This document shows, piece by piece, positions 52,710 to 64,000 of a stretch of DNA of 64,000 bases (its first letter is position 1; each line of letters starts with the position of its first letter). The stretch is from NCBI RefSeq assembly GCF_009834535.1, contig NC_045702.1:22816001-22880000 (forward strand). Direction: 5' to 3'. A program made the position numbers and the translations under genes. The notes under the pieces are model-generated. The model ran no database searches. It was not told the origin of the DNA and was given only the letters and a program-made list of their open reading frames with translations. The stretch comes from Camelus ferus (taxonomy: Eukaryota).

Positions 52710-54240
52710 TTTTAAAAACAACAGCTTTATTGAGATAATTCTCGTGCTGTAAAATTTGCCATTTTAAAGTACATCATTCAGTGGGTTTTAGTATATTCAG
52801 AGTCGTGTATCCATCACCACTAATTTTAGACCATTTCCACCACCACCCTAGAAATCCTGTACCCTTGAGTAGTCACTCTCTATTCCTGTCTCTCCTTCGC
52901 CTCTGGCAGTCACCAATACAGCCTGTCTGTATTTCTTTCACTTAACCTATTTTCAAGGTTCACCCATTTTATAGCATATATAGCACTTTATTTCTTTTTA
53001 ATATTTGGTTGAAAAGATAAAGCACATTTTGTTTATCCATTCATTAGTTAATGGACAGTTGGGTTGTTTCTGCTTTTTTGCTATAATGAATAATGCTGCT
53101 ATGAACATTCATGTACAAGTTTTTGTGCGAACATATGTCTCCAGTTTTCTTAGACTGAAATTACTCAGGAGTGGAATTGGTAGGTCATATGGCAATTCTA
53201 TGTTTAACTGTTCAAGAAAGTGCCAAGCTGTTGTCTAAAATAACCACACTATTTTACATTGCCACCAACAATGTAAAGGGTTTTAATTTCTCCACATCTT
53301 CAATAACACTTGATATTGTCTGTGTTTTTTATTANNNNNNNNNNNNNNNNNNNNNNNNNNNNNNNNNNNNNNNNNNNNNNNNNNNNNNNNNNNNNNNNNN
53401 NNNNNNNNNNNNNNNNNNNNNNNNNNNNNNNNNNNNNNNNNNNNNNNNNNNNNNNNNNNNNNNNNNNNTTTTAATTGGATTATATGCCCTTTAACTGTTT
53501 AATTCTAAGAGTTTTAAAAAATTAATTCTGGATTCAAGTTCCTTATCAGATATGATTTGAAAATGTTTCTGCCCACTCTGTGGGTTGTATTTTCACTTGC
53601 CTAATGGCATCTGTTGAATCATAAAGTCTTCAATATGGATGAAGTCCAATTTGTTTCTTTTTATGTTGTTGCTTATTCTTTGGAGTCATGTCTTGTCCCA
53701 GCATCACTGGTGAAAAGACTATTTTTTCTCCATTGAGTTTTCTTGTCATCCTGGTCAAAAATCAATTTACCATGCATTTAAGAGATTATTTCTGATCTCT
53801 CAATTTTATTTCACTGATTAGTCTATCTCTGTGCCAGGATCATGCTGCTTGAAAACTGTAGCTTTGTAGTAAGCTTTAAAATCAGGAAGTGTGACTCCTC
53901 CAACTTCACTCTTCACTTTCAAGGTTGTTTTGTCTGTCCTGGGTCCCTTATGTTTCCATGTGAATCTTAGGATCAACTTGTCAATTTCTGCAAAGAAGCC
54001 AGAGGAGATTTTGATAGGGATTATCTGTCGATCAATTTGGGGAGTATCTTCATCTTGGCTATGTTAAATTTTCTGATTTATGAACTTGAGGTTTCAGTTA
54101 TTTAGATCTTCTTTAACTTTCTTTAAATGCTGTTTTGTAGTTTTTTAGTGGAAAACAACTTGCATTTAACTTGTTCTAAGAATTTTATTTTTTGATGCTA
54201 TTGTAGGGGAAATTTTAACTTCGTTTTAAGTTGTCTTTTT
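52710..54240 (-). mobile_element. L1MB-type 3' region spanning the second assembly gap
   Basis: cagctttattgagataatt...ccatcaccactaattttaga...aatggacagttgggttgtttc...ataatgctgctatgaacattcatgtacaagtttttgtg...aggatcaacttgtcaatttctgcaaagaagcc. Confidence 0.85.
53335..53468. other. Assembly gap (134 N)
   Basis: Run of N read directly. Confidence 0.99.
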
Positions 54241-56956
54241 AAATAGGAAGAGTACTTGCATTTTTAAAGGTTATGTAGATCTGTAATATCACGTAGAATT
54301 AAGACTTCAGTCTGGGGATCTTCTCACATATACCAGATTTTTAAAGGACGCTAAACCTACTCACCATTTTGAATAGGGGCAGAAAGCTTTGCACGACCCA
54401 AAGGAAGTGGATGAATATTAAGGAAGCAATATATAAATTTATATGTAACTATATTTATATGTATGCATGTATAGGCTAATATATTGAGAAACTTTATTTT
54501 GAGTTCATTATCAAATTAATTGTGCAATGTACTCACTCATGTGTGAATCATACAATTCACAGTGATTCACAAAATATGATACCAAATTTTGACATCTTAA
54601 ATATCTATGCCAATTAACTACACTTGTTAAACTTATTGATTACATGAAAATTAATGAGCAAATCTTTGAAAAAATGCCCAGTTCCACTGGAAATGTTTGC
54701 ATATATAATCTGCTGTTACGTAAGTCAGATGAAGAGTTGGGTTTTTAAATACTGGAGTGGCAAGCTAGTCACCAAAATGATTATTAATACCATGCTTATT
54801 AATGGAGCAAGATGAAATGAGCTAATTAAGGATGGTGAGACTAGACATCAATTATCTTTAAGTGTTATATTTAAATTTTTCCTACGCATATAGTAATCAT
54901 ATTGATGAAGATGCCACTTAACACGTGGGAAAAATACCATAATAGAAGTATTAAATTGAGTGAGAATTTTGTAATGAATACTGGAAATGATTAATAATAG
55001 TGAGGCCTTTAATTGGGGAACATTCTTGAAGTCTTTTTTTCAGGAGTTATTAAAACTACACAGAAGAAAATTATTCTATAAAAGTAATGTCTATTAAAAT
55101 AATTTATGAAGCATTACTCTAGGTTGATTGGTCTGGAAACATTAAATTTTAAGATGTAAGCATGCTCACTCAGAAAGGTTTGGTTGCTTGGTTGTTGGTG
55201 TGTTTGTCTGCAGCAATAATACAGTTTGACGGCAGAAACCAGTTGAAGGCTCACGTTCTGTGAAATGGATTGGATTGGAGCCTGTAGAAGGAATCACTGT
55301 TGGTGAACATTGTCAAGACGGGAACGGGCTATGGTTTTGTCTCTGGAAGGTCTGTCTATATAACTATCATCCATTTGTTAGACTATGCATTTTAAACAGA
55401 AAATATCCTAATATCAGAGTAATATCAAAGGAGAGGAAAATATATTTTAAAAATGCATTGATAAGGCTTCTCTTTATACTCATTATGAAAGGTGATATAA
55501 TTTAATATAACAAAGCAAAAGAACTGAATGATCTTTGTTTATGCTTTACAGCATAGTTGTGAAAATTAGGCAGTTTAATTTACTCTCGAGTGGTGTTGTT
55601 TTTAATTTGACAACATATGTAACATAAATTATGTCTCAGACATTGATGTTATTTACAAGATCCTGATTCAAGTGTTTGCTATTTGTCCTTCCTTGAGGTG
55701 GAAGTTGGTTGGTATCCAGACTTCAGCTACAGCATCAAAATACAGTTATAACATAAATGGGTTCCTTGATGAAAATGAAGTTGTATGTATTTAACGTGCT
55801 TACTAAAACATACGTAATGTTTTCTCCATTATATCAAGAAACATCACATATATTGCTTGAATGTATTGTTTTTTACCTGAAGAAATTTTACAGCTATTAA
55901 AAATTGTGATATTTTTCATTATCTTATAACTTTATTTTTTATTTTTGAGAAACACTTTTCCACTAGTTCAGTATGCAGAAAACTGATCAAGAAAAATGTA
56001 ATATTTAGCTTCTAATGATGAATATTTATCTTTTATAATGAGGTCTATCTAATATAGGTATATTTCTTTGTTAATAAGTCTTGTTTCCTTCTGGAAAATA
56101 AAATGAATTAAGAATTAAAGAATTAGACATGTGGTTAAACAAGCTGACCTTTAAGGTCTCTACCAAATTTGAAGTTTAATGTTTCTGAGATTTTTTTCTT
56201 TTTTTTGCTGGCTTTTTTTTTTTTAACAGTAACATTATAAATCTATAGAAGTCCCAAACAAAATGCAATTTTGGTTTTACAGTAATTAGCTTTGAAACAT
56301 AACCTTCACAAAAAGTATTTTATTACTTTAGAAGAGTCCATTAGGGTATAAAATCAATGTTTTAGCCACTCAGTGGAGCATTTCATTTTTCTCAATATTT
56401 TTGAGAAGCCACTTTCAATTTAACTTTTTTTTTCTTGCCTAATGGAATCTTATACATAAATAAAATCACTTTTCTAAATCATTAAAACCTAATAGTAAAT
56501 TAACAGGTTTATGATAGATTGCTTTTCCTTTGTGATGAACAGACAAGGTAAATCTAATAGTCTTGAGTGCCCTTAGGACATGTGAAGTACCATCTACTTT
56601 CTCCTGGGAGGATGTTTGAAATTAAACATGCATGAATCCTCTACTCCACCTTGGGGAGATTTGACAGCCCTCTGCAAGTGTTGAACTTGGGAACTACAAT
56701 TCTCTGCCCTCCACTCTTCACTCCACATTCAAGAAAGGGAAACATCCTTAAGCAATCAATCTATTCATGAGAATAATCTCAGTCACATAGTTCCCAAAGG
56801 TGGGCAACCTTAACAGTGATGATAGAATATTGCTGACACGAGACACTTTGGGGCATTTTGTGGTGTGAGGTAGCTGTCACTGCCTTCTCGGTGGATTCTC
56901 AGTAGACAACCATGCTGGTGGTGGTCACAGAACAAGTAGGTACACTTAATTTGAGC

Positions 56957-57478
56957 CGTGTTAGTTTTCTATTGCTCTGTCACAAATAACTCCATATTTA
57001 GCAGCTTAAGACAACAAGACACTTATTATCTCTCACAGTTTCTGTAGTATGGAAATTCAGAAGCAGCTTAGTTGGGTGGTTCTAGCTCTGGGTCTCTCAT
57101 GAGGTAGAGTCAACGTGTCAATGGGGGCTGCAGTCATCTGAAGACTTGACTGGGGCCAGACAATTCACTCTCCAGGCGGCTTCTCACATGCATGGCAAGT
57201 GGGTGCTGGTTGTTGGCAGGAGGTCTGTTCCTTTCCATAGGGCTGCTTGAGAGTTCTCATGACAGTCTGGTTATTTCCCTGGAGTGAGCAAACCAGGAGA
57301 GAGCAAGGCAGAAGCCAAAATGTCATTTATGACCTAGCCTCAGAAACTTCATGCAGTCTTTGCTGGAATATATTATTGTGTATATAGATCAGCCCTATGG
57401 AAAGTGGGGGAGGACTCCATCAGTGCATGAATTCCAGCAGGTCAAGTTATTTGAGGCCATCTTGGAGCCAGATTACCC
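56957..57478 (-). mobile_element. MLT1F/G-like MaLR solo LTR
   Basis: gtgttagttttctattgctctgtcacaaataac...tctcacagtttctgtag...gggggctgcagtcatctgaagacttgactgggg...cttttatgacctagcctcagaa-like segment...gaggccatcttggag. Confidence 0.8.
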
Positions 57479-58521
57479 AAGGATATGGTAATTTTTCTTT
57501 TGGGTTTTTAATGGAGCTGATCTGAGGAAAACAAGTTTTCATTTTGTTTTGTTTTGTTTTGTTTAAACATAACTTCAGCTCTCATCTCTGTGACTCTTTG
57601 AGCAACATTTTATTTCCAGAACCCAGTACTTTCAAGATGGCCTCTTCTTCCTCAGGGGTACCGTTTCTGTTCTTCCTTCCTCACAGATTCAACAAATATC
57701 TAAGGACACATAGTATGTCAATCACTGTTTGTTCACATTGGTGAACAAAATCCCTCCCTTCATAGAGCTTACCTTTTATATAGTAGCTGCTTGTCATAAG
57801 TCATCTCCTAAAATCCATAACTTCCAGTTTGTCCTACTAGCCTTGTGTGGGATCTGGTGCTATTTCTATGTAGATAGTGTCAGAATTGATTTGACTTACA
57901 AGACACCGAGCTGGTGTCCAAGAATCGCTTGGTGGTATGGGAAACCCCCTCTTCCTACCACCTACATTGGAATTGGGTCCAGGACCTTTAGTAAAAAAAA
58001 TTTAAGGTTAAGAGGTTAATGATTGGCTAAATTCCCTTAAAATGGCATTTTTTGTGTGTTTTAATAGACGTATTCTGTGATCTAATTCAAGAGAGTAAGA
58101 TAGAACTTTACGGCCCTGAAGCAGATACAAATCACAGCATAAGGACTTGCTCATTTGTACAAATTTCACTGTTTTAAGCCTACTTTTGTTCAATGGAAAA
58201 CACTGCCATCGAGCTATCTCACTCAGCATGGTCTTTTTCACAATGTGGAAATGCAAGACTGGAGGGAAAAGTGTATTTCCACCTTAAACCAAAGCAAAAA
58301 CGAGAATATAATTATCACCATGAACACCTGAGGACTATCAGAAATTAAAATAGCTGGTTTTGCCTTTTCCTTTCAAAACTGACGCAATGAGATTTGAATT
58401 CCCGCAAATATGGTGGAAAGACTTGGATCACCATTCGTATGTATGTTTATATCCCAGCCAGTGTTTCAGGGATGCTGGCATTTATACCTGAGCGAAGTTC
58501 TAACACATTTTCCCATGGGAC

Positions 58522-58545
58522 TTTTTTTTTTTTTTTTTTTTTTTT
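58522..58545. repeat. T24 homopolymer immediately followed by AG
   Basis: Direct reading. Confidence 0.9.
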
Positions 58546-58839
58546 AGTTTTAAACCTATTTGGGCCCATAAATCTTCCTCCCAATGTCAGATTGGTCAAC
58601 AATGAGGAGGTAAATGGAAACTAACAACACTCATCAAGTTGATTATGTGAATGATTTATCGGCCCCAATTATTTAACACTTTCATAAAGTCAATATCAGG
58701 GAAAGAGACGCTGGGCTCTTACTATGGTAAACTGTGTTTGTACTGTCAGCATTCAGTGATTTATTACAAACCTGTGGCTAGGATTAGGATATTATAAATG
58801 GGGAAAAGTGGAAGCCTCATTAATATTTTATGCCCACAG

Positions 58840-59775
58840 GTGGAAGACATGCAGTGGGCTAATAGAGAACACACTCACCCGGCGTCTGTCTGCAGCCTGC
58901 CCTGTAAGCCCGGGGAGAGGAAGAAAACAGTGAAAGGAGTCCCTTGCTGCTGGCACTGCGAGCGCTGTGAAGGCTACAACTACCAGGTGGATGAGCTCTC
59001 CTGCGAACTCTGCCCTTTGGATCAGAGACCAAACATCAACCGCACTGGCTGCCAGCTCATCCCCATCATCAAACTCGAGTGGCATTCTCCCTGGGCTGTG
59101 GTGCCTGTGTTCGTTGCAATGCTGGGAATCATTGCCACCACCTTTGTGATCGTGACCTTTGTCCGCTACAACGACACACCCATCGTGAGGGCTTCGGGAC
59201 GCGAACTTAGTTACGTACTCCTAACGGGGATCTTTCTCTGCTATTCAATCACCTTTCTAATGATCGCAGCACCAGATACAATCATCTGCTCCTTCCGACG
59301 GATCTTCCTGGGACTTGGCATGTGTTTCAGTTATGCAGCCCTTCTTACCAAAACAAACCGAATCCACCGAATATTTGAGCAGGGGAAGAAATCTGTCACA
59401 GCACCCAAGTTTATCAGTCCAGCATCCCAGCTGGTGATCACCTTCAGCCTCATCTCCATCCAGCTCCTGGGTGTGTGTGTCTGGTTTGTGGTGGACCCCC
59501 CGCACATCATCATTGACTATGGAGAACAGCGGACTCTAGACCCAGAGAACGCCAGGGGAGTGCTCAAGTGTGACATTTCTGACCTCTCGCTCATTTGCTC
59601 ACTGGGGTACAGTATCCTCTTGATGGTCACTTGTACTGTTTATGCCATTAAAACGAGAGGAGTTCCAGAGACTTTCAACGAAGCCAAACCTATTGGATTT
59701 ACCATGTACACCACCTGCATCATTTGGTTAGCTTTCATTCCCATCTTTTTTGGTACAGCCCAGTCAGCAGAAAAG
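58840..59775 (+). CDS. GRM8: GRM8 large coding exon (936 bp; cysteine-rich NCD3G domain and TM1-TM6, about residues 499-810)
   Basis: Acceptor ...tgcccacAG at 58838-58839 and donor AAG|GTAAGT at 59776. Open frame [43 protein letters not shown]...[13 protein letters not shown]...[13 protein letters not shown]...[34 protein letters not shown]. The HPASVC, KTVKGVP and [10 protein letters not shown] residues distinguish mGlu8 from mGlu4, 6 and 7. ORF-track entry 58798-59814 is this exon plus intronic read-through at both ends. Confidence 0.98.
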
Positions 59776-62700
59776 GTAAGTGGCAAGAAATGCATTTGCC
59801 AGCCCTTTCCCTGAATTTAACTTCTTTCTTTAGGGTGCTTTCCCTTCTTCCTTTTTGGTTCACTTATATTCTCTCCAGAGGCGTCAATGTGTTGTTCAGT
59901 GTGTTATATTTATATATTCAAGGTCACTTTGCTCTGAATATATTGACGAAGACTGATTTTTCCATGAAAAACACTTTAATGTGTCCTCCTTAGCAAGGAG
60001 ACAGAGAAGGAGAAGATTGACAGAGCTCACATCCCTTTCTAGATCTCTCCTCCCAGCTCTGTTATCAACTAATATATCTGTTCATTTCCAAATGTTGAAA
60101 GAGGAAGGCAGAAGGGCAGACCTGATTCACGGGAGTGAGCTATTCCAGAGATACCCCAGTGTATGACAAATGCCTCCTTTCCCGATTCTAATGTGACTCT
60201 GGAAAAATACTGTCCTTAATAATGATGATGGTTTTAGTCATGGAAGTTTATAGAGTTTATAGCAAAACCACAACAGTAAAAAGAAACTAAATGGCTCAGT
60301 TTAATCTGAGCCATCTTACTATTTCTCTTCAGCCCCCATTCTTATTCTTTTTCCACATGTGGAGGATGATGGTGAGAGATTAAATAAAACAGCAGTGGGC
60401 ATTTATATAAGCAGTTTATAGTTTTTTAAAAGTTGAGGATCAATTGAGTTTCCTGGAAAATTTTTCTTTTGTTCCTAATCTTCCATTAACTTTTCCACAT
60501 AAAATCTTGCAAGTACAGAACATCTGTACATGAAAGACAGCATGTACTGAACTGAATGTGTGTAGTTCTTTGTATAGAAAAGCAGGGAACTAATTTTCAC
60601 CGTGAGTTTCGAGGTTTGGGTGGTGTGATGGCAACAGCCAGCTTGTGAAACAAAGGCTGAAGGCATTCTGAAGGCATGGCCCCTCAGCCCTAATGTGCAA
60701 ATGAGAAAGTTCTTCCCTCAGAATGAAGACTTAAAGATTGTCCCCATCCTCCATCATCAGAAGTCATGAGGAAGTCAAACATCCTGGGGGCAATCACATT
60801 TCCTAGATCCTAACATTCCAAGTGAGGTCCTGCATGACTCTTAAAATCCTAACGCATTCAGAGGAAAAAGTACCCAACAAACACTTGGAGAGCTTGTTAG
60901 TATGAGCATTTGTCCCTTACTAGATCAATGTAGCCATCAATTTTAAAAGACAAAAGATGTACGTCAGCCAACCTGCTGCCGAATAGAGCAAACTTGCCAT
61001 GGGTTCCAGACCTGTGACCTTTCTTCACTTGTATGGCCTGATGGAAGTCCATGAATATTTTATGTTGGACCACGCACATGGCAGGAAAATTAAATAAGAC
61101 AGTTTGGGGCTCTAAGCCTAATAACTAGAAAGCATTATATTTTGACACATGCAGATGGGAATGTATTAGGATCAAACTTGTGAATTTAACTTAGAAAGGA
61201 ATGTGTCTGTCAGTTTATTAAGCCTCTTGTGACATGGTTAGTTGGACTAGCCAGGAAAAACAGCATTTTTCAGAGTCTGGAAATGTCCACATTATGTGAA
61301 TTATTAATAACATCAACTTAAGTGGTACTTTTGTGTTTGAACCTGGAGCTGTCTTTTTTAATATATTATTTTATCTGGAGAGGGCCTTAGGTAGTTTATT
61401 TTGCTTTCTTGTGGACGACACATATTTAACCAAAGAAAATCTCCAGAGCGCTGATATCCAACTTTGTTTTTCTTTTTCTTTCTCTTCTTTACATTTTATA
61501 AATGACGGCCTACTCTTACTTTTCATACTGTGACTTCCAAGGTTGTGGGGGGAGCAAACATAAGTGCTAATAAGATGTTATTTCTATTCTGAGAAGTGTT
61601 TCAGTGACTTGATTTTTAGGATAAGTAAAATCATGGTCCTGCATGTTCTTAGTAATTCAAATATGCATCATACTAAGGGTTTTTGTTTTCTGTTTGTTTG
61701 TTTTTTTAAGGTAATAGGAAAAAAAAAAATCACCATTGTTCTCAGATCAGAAACTTGCAGAGTCACAGCTGCCCCCTTGAGGAGCAGTGATGGAGATAGT
61801 GAGAGTTTCAGGATGAAATGGACACAGAATGATGCCAGGGGCTAGAAGCTGTCCAGGGTTGCAGGGCCAGCGGGAGCTGTGTGTACATCAGAAAACCTGG
61901 AGTTTTTGTGTGTATTTATGGGTGTGGATCTTTCAGGGCCTCCAGACATACGACTGAACACTAGCCAGTGTTCTTTTTTCATTATTTAGCTTTGTGAAAT
62001 CAAAATAAGTCAAAGAAGCACATTGTAAGACACATTTATAAAATATGTTAATTGGAGTTTATTTGTATTCATGAGATGATTGAATGTGGGAAAGACTGAA
62101 GAAATCAAGAAGAAACACTCATTCTAGGAATTTTCAGAACGTTGTAAAATGCTCAAATTATTTAATTAGTCTTGGAGTTGCTGAATTCAGACCAGCCCCA
62201 AATCAAGGGCTATTATATAATGAGTAGCTAAGATTTGCTACTAAAGGTTTTTTTTTTTTAATATAAGATACTTATGTGTCCCCCTTCACATTAAAATTCA
62301 CTTCCTTCTGTTCCCTGTCAAAGTATCTTTAATTATTCAAAACAATGCACAAAATATTTGAACATGTTTATTTTTTCACGCTGCTAGAATTATTGACACA
62401 GATATTAAAAGTAAATAAAACTTTTATATCTCTAAAAGAAGGCTTTCCCTAAGTTTTATTGACTTTGGAGGACCAAAAGAGCTGGTCAGTCCTCTGCTCT
62501 CATTTATAATGCTCAGCCAGGGAACCGCACATTATCAGCTTGAAGTGTCTGTAACAGTCAGGCGCACACACACCTATTAATTCAGCAGATCCTTATTGAG
62601 CATTGTGTCCTGCACTGTGTTAATTACTGAACTACGTCAGTCTGCTTCCCCCCGCCTTCCTTGTAAGGTTCAGCCTGGCTGCCAGCCGATGCTGCCCGAC

Positions 62701-63559
62701 GCCACCAGCACCAGCAAGTGCCAGGTTCAAGGGCAGGGGGAGATCATGCTCAAGGGCAGGGGGAGATGGTGAGGAGTCAGGTCTGAGATGAGAAAGCAAA
62801 CAAAAGATCCGTGCATCCTGTAACTATACCTCAGTGACATGGAATTTATAACATGGAAGAGAGCAAAAGAGCAAAATTTCTTCCAGTATGCATTTAATTA
62901 TGTTTCCTAGAGCAATGTCTACAGAAGAAAATCCAACTAACCACACAGGTCTCTCTAAAATTACAAGAGAACTAGGAATAAAAAGTAAAATCACTTGAAT
63001 AATTTAGACAGATGTTTTAGTAAACCTCCGAGTAAAGTCAAGTTATAAAGGGACATTTGCAGCATTTGTGAAGACAGGCAGCTCTCTACAGTGTAGCTTC
63101 ATTCAGTGATAAAACACCGTTTAATTTCCCCACATTTTTTTTTCAGATTGCAAAATCAAGATGAATCACATTTTTTTCAATAGATTTGAATGACATTTCT
63201 TAGCTTTGTACCTACTGAATCATAGTATAAGCGCACTTTGTTTTTCCTATTAAAAACTGGTGTAAAGGAGGGGTGGACACCCCGAGGTATGGACAGGGAC
63301 TAACGCGAACTTTCATTAATTGGGTTGAAAAGACAAAAAATTAAAATATAATTAATGTAATAGTCAGGAAAAGAACCCCCAGGGGGATGGTTAGGGGCTA
63401 TTAGGATAGCAGAAATCTCTTAAATACATATTTTATCCTCTCTAATTGGGTTCAGAAAACCTAGATAATCAGACAAAGGTTATGACACCGCCAAGCTCCA
63501 AGGAACACAGTGCTTCAGCCAGAGCATAGGATTGAAACAAAACACCCAGAAAACAGAAA

Positions 63560-63840
63560 ACTCCAAATTGTCAAAAATCCCATATTCCTTCACCTTCACC
63601 TTCTAGATAAATCATGCAGCCTCTGTCTGGTAGCCTCCAGAAACCTAGAATTATCTTAGTCCCCTTCCTCTGCTCACACTTACTCCTTTATTTCCTCCTC
63701 TGACCTTCAGATATCATCCTTTATCAGCCCATGGATGGGAAGCAGTGTCTGTCTGACGTTTATCTGAATGAATATGTCTCTTAACATAGAGCCTTAACAT
63801 GTAGCACATTCTCAATAAATGTCTATTGAGTGAGTAAATG
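63560..63840 (+). mobile_element. L2 fragment(s) with 3' tail
   Basis: cagcctctgtctggtagcctcc...ggaagcagtgtctgtctg...catgtagcacattctcaataaatgtctattgagtgagtaaatg. Confidence 0.6.
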
Positions 63841-64000
63841 GGGCTCCTTGCACAATAATGATATACTATATAATAACACAAATGCATTTTTATGATTTAG
63901 GTTAGACTCTGGCATAATGGGAACCTTATGTATTCATGTGATTATGATCCCCATTACAACTTTTTTTTTCTAAAAAAGTTTTCTCACTTGAATGATGGGC

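Larger units (their letters stand above)
9263..58839 (+). other. GRM8: GRM8 intron, 49,577 bp including 310 N, GC-AG type
   Basis: Begins GCAAGTATT and ends TGCCCACAG. This is the only junction that keeps LHLK/VEDM in frame. Confidence 0.9.

Noticed and set aside
397-58624. The many 60-160 aa ORFs in the track (e.g. 4970-5389, 29125-29553, 42017-42499, 47431-47808)
   Set aside because: They show no recognisable domains and have low-complexity F/L/S/I-rich composition. Most overlap L1, L2, LTR or microsatellite sequence, and their number and length fit chance in 64 kb.
58798-59814. 338-aa ORF as a standalone single-exon GPCR gene
   Set aside because: The first 14 and last 12 residues are intronic read-through. 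Canonical splice sites at 58839 and 59776 bound a GRM8 exon lacking TM7 and the C-tail.
60291-60314. Perfect 9-bp hairpin ATGGCTCAG-tttaat-CTGAGCCAT
   Set aside because: A few stems of this length are expected by chance in 64 kb. It is too short for a pre-miRNA and has no supporting context.
59776-64000. Next GRM8 exon (MYIQTTT..., TM7)
   Set aside because: I searched by eye and found no matching sequence, so it must lie beyond the window.

Overview
Mammalian genomic DNA, AT-rich and repeat-rich, most likely from a camelid (camel, alpaca or vicuna). That assignment rests on a tRNA-Ala-derived Vic-1-type SINE at 34225-34349 and camelid-type L1 3' ends. The window lies inside GRM8 (metabotropic glutamate receptor 8, class C GPCR) on the + strand and holds two consecutive coding exons. 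The first is 137 bp at 9126-9262 and ends the Venus flytrap domain. The second is 936 bp at 58840-59775 and encodes the cysteine-rich domain plus TM1-TM6. They are joined by a 49,577-bp intron (9263-58839) that can only be spliced in frame from a non-canonical GC donor (AAA|GCAAGT). The rest is intronic: L1, L2, MIR, MaLR/ERV LTRs, hAT DNA transposons, microsatellites and two sized N gaps. No other ORF-track entry looks like a real gene. I found no new self-contained biological system. The best leads concern splicing: the weak GC donor, and a 62-nt stop-containing cassette-exon candidate with a very strong acceptor 230 nt upstream of the 7TM exon, which could give ectodomain-only or NMD isoforms. 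Other leads are an intact-looking antisense solo LTR promoter, a twin-primed L1 and a few candidate regulatory patches. Repeat family names come from my recognition of consensus sequences, not from a RepeatMasker run, and boundaries of old repeats are approximate.
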